NCBI GenBank assembly: GCA_031275945.1 | Contig: JAISOA010000087.1 | Span: forward strand, 1 to 12,139 | Source of the DNA: Spirochaetaceae bacterium | GTDB lineage: Bacteria; Spirochaetota; Spirochaetia; Treponematales; Breznakiellaceae | Reading direction: 5' to 3' | DNA length: 12,139 nt | Part shown: positions 1-6,397 of the stretch, piece by piece | Layout: every line of letters starts with the position of its first letter | Position numbering within the stretch: position 1 is the first letter of the stretch | The notes under the pieces: model-generated | Told to the model about the DNA's origin: nothing | Seen by the model: only the letters and a program-made list of their open reading frames with translations | Databases searched by the model: none | Program-made: the position numbers and the translations under genes

Positions 1-158
1 AGCCCCCGGGCAAACCCCGAGGGCGGAATAACACGGCATATGCGGGTTACGCGCCCTCGCTGAACCAGAACGAATCTTGGTTCATAAGGTTGGCAGTATA
101 GCCCCCAATCCGGGCAAGAGCGCTCTCGCCCCGTATGGGACGCTTTCAGATTACAACA

Positions 159-192
159 AATTCCGGCGGAATGCAAGCGTTTTTTCAAACCG
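159..192 (-). terminator. Putative terminator for the tRNA transcript: small hairpin followed by a U-rich tract on the minus strand
   Basis: Plus strand 160-172 ATTCCGGCGGAAT is a perfect palindrome, giving a 5-bp stem ATTCC/GGAAT with a 3-nt loop. Read on the minus strand it lies about 35 nt past the tRNA 3' end and is followed by TTGTTGTAAT. The stem is short and the T-tract is interrupted. Confidence 0.25.
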
Positions 193-206
193 GAAAGACA
201 AACCGG

Positions 207-280
207 TGGGCCCACCTGGACTTGAACCAGGGACCTACGGATTATGAGTCCGCAGCTCTAACCAACTGAGCTATGGGCCC
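207..280 (-). tRNA. tRNA with anticodon CAT. It is either elongator tRNA-Met or lysidine-type tRNA-Ile2; the T-loop favours Ile2.
   Basis: The reverse complement folds as a canonical cloverleaf. The acceptor stem is GGGCCCA/TGGGCCC. The D arm is GCTC-AGTTGGTTA-GAGC. The anticodon stem is GCGGA/TCCGT with loop CTCATAA, so the anticodon is CAT. The variable loop is AGGTC. The T arm is CCTGG-TTCAAGT-CCAGG. The discriminator is A, and CC (not the full CCA) is encoded at 205-206. G1-C72 is paired and there is no run of three GC pairs in the anticodon stem, so this is not an initiator tRNA. TTCAAGTCC and CTCATAA match what I recall of E. coli ileX better than metT. Confidence 0.85.
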
Positions 281-446
281 ACCGGTTTGCCCTTCAACGT
301 ACCGACGGGACCGAAGGATTAAGTTGTGGATCCTTCTTTCCTGCTTTAGCCCGGAAGGGCTGATGATCCGTCGTCCTTGCCGGGGAATTCCAGGCAGTCC
401 CCTAAGCTATGGGCCGTAAGGGGCGGTACATGTGGCACCGTATTAG

Positions 447-452
447 TATAAT
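447..452 (+). promoter_or_regulatory. Candidate -10 hexamer TATAAT in the long 5' region of the OmpA-family gene. No convincing -35 was found.
   Basis: TATAAT is exact at 447-452, about 110 nt upstream of the ATG at 564. The sequence 17-18 nt upstream (CGGTAC/GCGGTA) is a poor -35. The nearby TGGCAC at 433-438 does not have sigma54 spacing to a GC element. Confidence 0.2.
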
Positions 453-563
453 ATAGCGGGGGTATTTTTTCGTCAATATGTCCTGGGAAGCCATTTTGCG
501 GTTTGAGGAAGATCCGGAGTTCTTGCGTTCCACCCGAATTTTACCGATAAGATACCAGGGGTT

Positions 564-1823
564 ATGATGTACGGCATATCAAAACAAAAAATAAGGGTTG
601 TCCCGGATGGTAGGGGCTGGGAAAAGATCCGCAAACTTCGCGCCATCTTTTTTGTGCTGATTCTGGGAATTCCCCGGCAAGGCTGGGGTGAAACCTTTGT
701 CTATAAGCATGAAATAGGGAATAAATACCGGATCCTGTCGGTGGTTCACGAGGATGTATATATAAACCGGATATTCAGCCACCGGGCCCGGATCCTTAAC
801 CGGGTATCGGTAGAGATAACCGGCCTTGAAGGGGAATCGGCCAGGCACCACGCCACATTTACCACCTCCGAAGAGCTCCTTGAGGGAGGGGGCGTTTTTC
901 ACTGGGGAAATGAATATGTTTCGGTCTTTGACAGGGATAGACAGGGCCGCATGACCATAGAGCCGCAGTACTATATGCCGGTGGTCCGCAACGTACCGGT
1001 TTTTCCCGGCAGGGACATACAAGAGGGGGAAACCTGGACTGCCGAGGGATCCGAGATGCATGATTTTCGGGAAGCCTTTGGTATTGAACAGCCCTACCGT
1101 ATACCCTTTGAAGCCACATACACTTTTTTGGGAAACAGGACCTGGGGAGGGCGCCGCTACCCGGTCTTTTCCGTATCCTACCGGATCTTTTACGAACCCC
1201 CGGCGGCGATGGGCCGGGTATGGCCCCGGCGGATCATGGGATCTTCGGATCAGATGGTGTATTGGGATCCTGAGATAGGTCAGGCGCTTGTATATGACGA
1301 AAATTTCCGGATGATTTTTGAACTTTCCAACGGAACCACCGTGGAATACCGGGGCCAGGCATGGGCCCAAATTCTTGAATCGGAAATCATGAAAAAAGAA
1401 GAGGCCGCCCAAACCATTGCCGATGAAATCAACCGGTTGGGGATAAATGACGCCTCGGTACGAATTGTTGACGAGGGAATTACCATTAGTCTGGAAAATA
1501 TACAGTTCCAGCCTGATTCGGCGATACTTTTGGCAAGCGAAAAGGAAAAACTGGACAAAATAGGGGATATTCTTATGCGGTTTGCGGACCGGGATATACT
1601 GGTCGGGGGGCATACGGCCCTGGCTGGTACCGCGGCGGGACGGATGAAACTATCCCAGGACCGGGCCGCCGCGGTGGCGAGTTACCTTATTTCCAAGGGC
1701 GTCCGGGAATCTCCCCGTGTGGTGATCCGTGGTTACGGGGCGGAACGGCCCGTGGCGGATAATAGCACCGCCGAAGGTATGCGGAGAAACCGCCGGGTAG
1801 AGATAACCCTGCTGGAAAATTAG
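564..1823 (+). CDS. OmpA-family (OmpA/MotB C-terminal peptidoglycan-binding domain) protein with an N-terminal domain of about 290 aa of unknown function and a hydrophobic leader
   Basis: The 419-aa ORF has a C-terminal segment NIQFQPDSAIL...LDKIGDIL...ILVGGHTA..G......LSQDRAAAVASYL...G.....IRGYGAERPVADNST.EGMRRNRRVEI. This is the classic OmpA_C signature (F..dsa.L, GHTD-like block, LS.RA.aV, G.GE..P.a.N.t..g...NRRVEI). The N-terminus carries a hydrophobic stretch, LRAIFFVLILGIP. AGGGG lies 4 nt upstream of the ATG. The start could equally be the second ATG at 567. Confidence 0.8.
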   Translation: MMYGISKQKIRVVPDGRGWEKIRKLRAIFFVLILGIPRQGWGETFVYKHEIGNKYRILSVVHEDVYINRIFSHRARILNRVSVEITGLEGESARHHATFTTSEELLEGGGVFHWGNEYVSVFDRDRQGRMTIEPQYYMPVVRNVPVFPGRDIQEGETWTAEGSEMHDFREAFGIEQPYRIPFEATYTFLGNRTWGGRRYPVFSVSYRIFYEPPAAMGRVWPRRIMGSSDQMVYWDPEIGQALVYDENFRMIFELSNGTTVEYRGQAWAQILESEIMKKEEAAQTIADEINRLGINDASVRIVDEGITISLENIQFQPDSAILLASEKEKLDKIGDILMRFADRDILVGGHTALAGTAAGRMKLSQDRAAAVASYLISKGVRESPRVVIRGYGAERPVADNSTAEGMRRNRRVEITLLEN

Positions 1824-1916
1824 GCTCGACGTTCTCTAAAAATGGCCCTGGCCGGAATAAGAAGAGGGTTCCTGTCTTGACCGGATCAGAGGGGCCATAG
1901 TATCTTAGTAGTATCC

Positions 1917-3179
1917 ATGAGTTATGCGGACCCGTCGAAACTTGCCGTATTGGCTTGCCCGGGAGGGGAGGCTTTTGCCAATGAGGTAATTGTCCACCTT
2001 AAACATTGTTATCGCCAAAAATTTGAGAAAGCCGTTACGAACCTGGTCGGCCACCACGGTATGACCAGGGATGCAGTACTCCGGCAGCTTACATTTGTCC
2101 ACGACGCTGCAAATTTAAGTACCGCCGGGGCAGAAAAATTTCTTTCTCCCCGGTTTAAGGTGGATGCCCGGTTTACTCTTTTTGCCAATGGAGAAATTAA
2201 GGCGGAAATTCTTGAGTCGGTTAGGGGCAAATGCGTTTATATCGTCGAAGATGTGGAAAACCGCTATCCCCTGGTTTTTTACGGCGGCGTTAGTAAATCC
2301 TTTTCGGTAAATGATCATATTATGTCGATTCTGGTTACGGTGGATGCGGTAAAACAGGCGGGGGCAAAACGGATAACCCTGGTGCTTCCTAATTACCCCT
2401 ATTCACGGCAACATAAACGAAAGGGACGGGAGGGCTTAACCGCAAGCCGTATCGGGATCATCCTGGAATCTTTGGGGGTGGATCGGCTGCTTACCCTAGA
2501 TATTCATTCCCGGGAAATAAGCAACGCCTTTAGAACCATGGGTTTTGAAAGCCTCCATGCCAGCTATCAAATTATCAGAGAACTTTCAAAGATGCCCCAA
2601 ATTCGGGAGGGAAATTTTGTGGTGGTTTCTCCCGATACGGGAGCGGTAGATCGGAATAAATTTTATGCCAATAGTTTTAAGAAACCCCTGGCGCTGCTGT
2701 ATAAGGAACGGGACTATTCCCGGGTTACCAAGGATGCCGGCGAAAGTAACATCGCGGAACTGCGGCTGCTCGGCAATGTAAAGGATAAAACGGTTTTTAT
2801 GGCGGATGATATTCTCGGTTCCGGGGCAACCCTGCTCAAGGCCATGGGGTTCCTCAAGGAACAGGGGGCCCAGGATGTCATAGCCGCCATAAGCCTGCCC
2901 CTCTTTTCTGGGGACGCGATGGATTATTTTGACGATGCCTTCCGGCAGGGGCTTTTTTACCGCATCATCGGGACCAATGCGGTATACCACGAGGAACTCA
3001 TAAAAAAAGAATGGTACATCCCGGTGAGCGTGAGCAAACTCTTTGCCCGGACCATATCCAGGCTCCATCAGGAACTGTCCGTCAGTTCCCTGCTGGATAA
3101 CCGGGAACTGATAGAAAAGCTTCTTTCTGTAGAGAAAGAAACCAAGGGGCCTTCTTTACCGGAGGATTGCTACACCTAA
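1917..3179 (+). CDS. prs: Ribose-phosphate pyrophosphokinase (PRPP synthetase), a long insertion-containing form
   Basis: The 420-aa ORF aligns by eye to Prs. [21 protein letters not shown] matches [44 protein letters not shown] matches [44 protein letters not shown] matches ITAVIPYFGYARQDRR. TLDIHS matches [17 protein letters not shown] matches VVSPDIGGVVRAR. The PRPP-binding loop [12 protein letters not shown] matches VDDMIDTGGTL. There is an extra segment of about 45 aa near the N-terminus. From memory, spirochaete Prs proteins are of comparable extended length. Confidence 0.8.
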   Translation: [420 protein letters not shown]

Positions 3180-4477
3180 TGCAGCTTCTGTTCTGTGCAG
3201 ATCTGGGGACCAGTGCCCTTAAAGCGGCGCTGATAGATAGCTCCGGGGTCTTGCACGGTTATTGCCGTTCCCCCTATGAAACCAAAGAATCCCCCCTTGT
3301 ATGGATTGGTGCCCTGGGAACCGCGTTACAGGCCCTGGGCCGTCAATGCCCCGGAGCAAGGGCCTCGGCATTTATTGTTTCGGGAAACGGCCCGACCCTG
3401 GTACCAGTTAGCCCAGAGGCGGAAAGTTTACGGCCCCTCTATTGGTACGATCCCGTGGATACCCTTGAAGGCCCTTCGTTTTTTCTTCCCCACGTCAGCG
3501 CCTTCCGGAAACAAGATCCCCGGGGATTTGCCCGGACCCGGCTTTTCTTTTCCCCCCAGGCATGGCTTTCCTGGCAGCTGGGAGCGCAGATGGTAACGGT
3601 CCTTCCCCACCGGGGCTACGGCGCTTTTTACTGGGATGTGGCCCAATGTGAATCCCTGGGAATTGATGTGAAACTCTTTCCTCCTTTTGTACCTATGGGG
3701 CAGATAATCGGAACAATCCGGAATGGCGCCGGTGATGAAACAGGGCTTTTTCGTGCGGGAAGCCCCGGCCATACGCTGCTTCCGCCGGGAATTCCCATTG
3801 TGGCGGGGGCCTCCGACTTTATCATGGCCCTGATTGGGACCGGTTCCCTGGAGCCGGGAATGGTCTGTAATAGGACCGGCAGTTCCGAGGGAATTAATGT
3901 CTGTGTGGCGAAAAAACCCCCGGAATTGCCCAAAAAACTGCGGAGATCGCCTGAGAAGGCCCCGGGGGATCTGCGGATACTTCCTCACGCCATTGAGGGG
4001 CTTTGGAACCTTGGGGCGGTAATAAAAAAGTCGGGAAAACTGCTGGACGATTTCCGCTCCGCAGGCCATGAAGAAAAATCCTACGCCCCCCTGGTGACGG
4101 AGATCCTTACGGCTCCGTCCCATCCCGGCAGGGCGGCGCTGGACGCCATAGGAAGATCCTTTCTGGAAGCTCTTGGGGAATTGGAAGAAGCGGGTTTTCC
4201 GGTAAAGGAGCTGATCATATCCGGAAGCCAAAGCAGGAGCCCCCTTTGGAACCAGTACAAGGCGGATCTTTCCGGGTGTGTATTTAAGGTACCGGAGATT
4301 CCCGATGCGGAACTGGGGGGGAACGCCGTCCTTGGCGCCCTGGCCCTGGAAAGTCCGCCGGAGTTCGCCGGGGCTCCGGACGGGGCGGCGATCCGGAAAA
4401 AAACCGCGGCACTGATCCGCATCAAGGAAACCTATTATCCGGCTTCCCCGGCGGGTTTAAACTCCCCGGGCCCTTAG
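3179..4477 (+). CDS. FGGY-family carbohydrate kinase (glycerol/xylulo/ribulokinase superfamily); substrate not assignable
   Basis: The N-terminus FCADLGTSALKAALIDSSG is the FGGY phosphate-1 motif (DxGTSxxK). The mid-protein segment IVAGASDFIMALIGTGSLEPGMVCNRTGSSEGIN corresponds to the GGGDQ/GTS block. The C-terminus IISGSQSRSPLWNQYKADLSGCVFKV...ELGGNAVLGALAL matches GGGARS..W.Qi.ADv.g..v......E.galGAA.lA. The track's start at 3167 is a TTG. The ATG at 3179 (MQLLFCADLGTS) overlaps the prs TAA stop by 1 nt (TAATG) and sits 12 nt after GGAGGA at 3161-3166, so it is the preferred start. Confidence 0.75.
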   Translation: MQLLFCADLGTSALKAALIDSSGVLHGYCRSPYETKESPLVWIGALGTALQALGRQCPGARASAFIVSGNGPTLVPVSPEAESLRPLYWYDPVDTLEGPSFFLPHVSAFRKQDPRGFARTRLFFSPQAWLSWQLGAQMVTVLPHRGYGAFYWDVAQCESLGIDVKLFPPFVPMGQIIGTIRNGAGDETGLFRAGSPGHTLLPPGIPIVAGASDFIMALIGTGSLEPGMVCNRTGSSEGINVCVAKKPPELPKKLRRSPEKAPGDLRILPHAIEGLWNLGAVIKKSGKLLDDFRSAGHEEKSYAPLVTEILTAPSHPGRAALDAIGRSFLEALGELEEAGFPVKELIISGSQSRSPLWNQYKADLSGCVFKVPEIPDAELGGNAVLGALALESPPEFAGAPDGAAIRKKTAALIRIKETYYPASPAGLNSPGP

Positions 4478-4530
4478 GGGACCCGAACTAAACGCTTCAC
4501 GGCGCATAAAAATGGTGTTACACTTTTGCT

Positions 4531-5690
4531 ATGGCCATTCGGCGGCGGGAAAAATCCCTGAATAAAGAAACCGGATCAAAGTTGCAAAGCTTTGCCCTTT
4601 CTTTGCGGACCCTTATTACCCGAAGTTTGCTTGTTCCGGACAGGGCTCTGCGCTGGGTCATTATTGCCAATCCCGGTGCGGGGGGATTTACCATAAACAG
4701 GCGCTGGAACGAACACAAGCGGGCCCTTGACCGGTGCGGCGAAAGGGTCCGGCAGAACCGGCTTCGGCAGGACGTGTCGCCTTCCTGTTATGCCCTCTCC
4801 CGGGATCGGGGAGAGCCGGGGGGATGGGAACAAAGCGGCCTTATCCCCACCGGCGGTCCCGGTCATGCGGTATCCATTACCCGGGCCCTTGTGGCGGAAG
4901 CGGAAGGAAGCGAAGATTTTTACCTGATTATCACCGCCGGAGGGGACGGGACCAGCCTTGAGGTACTGCAAACCCTGTGCCAGGCGCCGGAGGACTTTCG
5001 CTCCCGCTGCGCGGTCCTCCGTCTTCCCATGGGTACCGGTAATGACGGGGCCGACGCGTGGGAACTGGAAAAGGCCCTGGAACTTTTGATGCTTCCCTCC
5101 CGGATAGAGATGGTCCGGGGCTTAAAGCTTTCAACGGCACGGGAAAAACATGGCCCGACGGTAGTCCCCTGCGGGCCTTTAATATCCTGTCCCTGGGACT
5201 GGACGCATTTGTAACCCACATGACCAATAAGATGAAGGGGAACCTTCCGGGGGATTCCTATAAACTGTGGGTGGATATTGCGTCGATCCTTTACGATAGA
5301 TTGTACCGGGTAGAGACCGTGGAACTAAGGGGCTTTAAAGAGGGGAAGGAACAGATACGGATACAGGAAAAAATTCTTCTCTGTGCCATGGGGGTCAGCG
5401 GTCGGCGAAGCTATGGGTCCCACAAGATGATCCTGCCCGATGAAAGAAACGTCTGCGCCGTTAAGCAGATGCCCCTGTGGCGGAAGATCGCCCTTAAGGG
5501 CCTTTTTACCACCGGTGCCCATGTGGATAAAAACGAATCTATACTTTTTAATGCGGACCGGATTGAATTGAGGGGGGAATATCCGGTGTTGGCTCAGATG
5601 GACGGAGAGACGGTGCTGTTGGAGCCCGGTGATTTTCCCGCGGTGATTGAATTAACCGGGCCGGTCATTCCCGTTCTGCGACTCCGGTGA
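4531..5690 (+). pseudogene. DAGK_cat-family lipid kinase (YegS/BmrU/DagK-like) interrupted by a -1/+1 frameshift. Either a pseudogene or a sequencing indel.
   Basis: The frame-1 ORF 4531-5214 carries the N-terminal lipid-kinase motifs WVIIANPGAGG, IITAGGDGTSLEVLQTL and LPMGTGNDGA. The frame-3 ORF 5058-5690 (the track's 'M' is a GTG) continues with RAFNILSLGLDAFV and the YegS_C-like tail ...MDGETVLLEPGDFPAVIELTGPVIPVL. The two frames overlap over 5058-5214, so a single indel within that span restores one protein of about 385 aa. Candidate slippage sites are GGGG at 5116-5119 and AAAAA at 5144-5148. Confidence 0.6.
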
Positions 5691-5766
5691 CGCCGCCGGA
5701 AAGAGTCGGCTGCAGGTGGGGCATCCTCTCTTTTCGGTAAGATTTTTTATGGCGCGGCGCGTCCCG

Positions 5767-5795
5767 TTGACATTGAGACTGCCGGTGTTTATCAT
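5767..5795 (+). promoter_or_regulatory. Sigma70-type promoter TTGACA-N17-TATCAT placed immediately before the NfeD-like ATG. The geometry predicts a leaderless transcript.
   Basis: TTGACA is at 5767-5772. The spacer is 17 nt. TATCAT is at 5790-5795. The ATG at 5801 begins 6 nt after the -10 hexamer, which places the A of the ATG at or next to the expected +1. No SD sequence precedes the ATG. Confidence 0.4.
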
Positions 5796-5800
5796 AACGC

Positions 5801-6397
5801 ATGCTTGTCTTTTGGGGGGCGGCGATCTTCGGGTCGGTGTTTTTTGTACTTCGGATAATTCTTATAATTGTCGGTGGTTTTGGCGCCGATGTACCCGGAG
5901 ATGATCTGCCGCCGGGCGCGGAACCGGCGGATTTGGATCATTCACCGGAATTAGAAGCCAGCGACGGCGCGTTTAAACTGCTTTCCCTTAATTCCATCAC
6001 GGGCTTTATCGCCATGTTCGGCTGGGCGGGGCTTGCCGCGGGTTCCCAGTACGGCCTCCCTTTTCCCCTGGCCCTGCTTATTGCGGGATGCGCCGGTTTT
6101 TTTGTCCTGCTTATTACGGCGGCGCTGTTTTATTTTGCCATGAAACTAAAAAGCCCCGGGGCGGAATTTGACATTCGGGAAGCTGTGGGAAGCGCCGCGG
6201 AGGTTTATCTGCAGATCTCTCCCCCGAATACGGGAAGGGTTTCGTTTGCGATAAACGGAATAAAGCACGAATCTGATGCGGTCTCGGATACCGGGGAAAC
6301 GATACATTCATTTGAAAGGGTAAAAATTACCAGGATCGTCGATTCTCATACGGTGGCCGTTACGCCATACCAGGGAGAAAAAACCCATGAGCTTTGA
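5801..6397 (+). CDS. NfeD-like / YqiJ-type membrane protein: N-terminal TM helices plus a C-terminal soluble beta-rich domain. Partner of the downstream flotillin.
   Basis: The 198-aa ORF has hydrophobic helices AAIFGSVFFVLRIILIIVGGF, ITGFIAMFGWAGLAAG and LALLIAGCAGFFVLLITAALFYF. Its C-terminal domain VYLQISPPNTGRVSFAINGIKHESDAVSDTGETIHSFERVKITRIVDSHTVAVTP has the NfeD OB-fold-like pattern (G.v.v...g...a.s..g..I..G..V.v..v.g..l.V.p). The TGA at 6395-6397 overlaps the start of the next gene by 11 nt. This matches the conserved nfeD/yqiJ-flotillin operon arrangement. Confidence 0.6.
   Translation: MLVFWGAAIFGSVFFVLRIILIIVGGFGADVPGDDLPPGAEPADLDHSPELEASDGAFKLLSLNSITGFIAMFGWAGLAAGSQYGLPFPLALLIAGCAGFFVLLITAALFYFAMKLKSPGAEFDIREAVGSAAEVYLQISPPNTGRVSFAINGIKHESDAVSDTGETIHSFERVKITRIVDSHTVAVTPYQGEKTHEL

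Noticed and set aside
433-452. TGGCAC at 433-438 as a sigma54 -24 element
   Set aside because: The required GC (-12, TTGCW) element at the correct 4-5 nt spacing is absent. Downstream the sequence reads CGTATTAGTA, so a sigma54 promoter is not supported.
579-1613. 344-aa minus-strand ORF, plus nested minus and plus small ORFs at 859-1558
   Set aside because: It is completely embedded antisense in the OmpA-family gene, whose plus-strand frame carries an unmistakable OmpA_C signature. GC-rich coding DNA routinely leaves long open antisense frames, and this ORF contains no recognisable motifs.
3167-3178. Track start of the FGGY ORF at 3167, which would give a 13-nt overlap with prs
   Set aside because: The codon at 3167 is TTG and abuts GGAGGA with zero spacing. 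The ATG at 3179 gives a canonical M-x-x-L-F-x-x-D-L-G-T-S FGGY N-terminus and proper SD spacing.
3428-4231. 267-aa minus-strand ORF, plus other small ORFs inside 3276-4425
   Set aside because: They lie inside the FGGY kinase gene, whose plus-frame motifs are clear. They are Arg/Gly/Pro-rich, typical of GC-rich antisense translation.
5716-5904. 62-aa plus-strand ORF spanning the NfeD promoter and start
   Set aside because: It is in a different frame from the well-supported NfeD-like ORF starting at 5801 and overlaps the promoter hexamers. It has no SD and is low-complexity.
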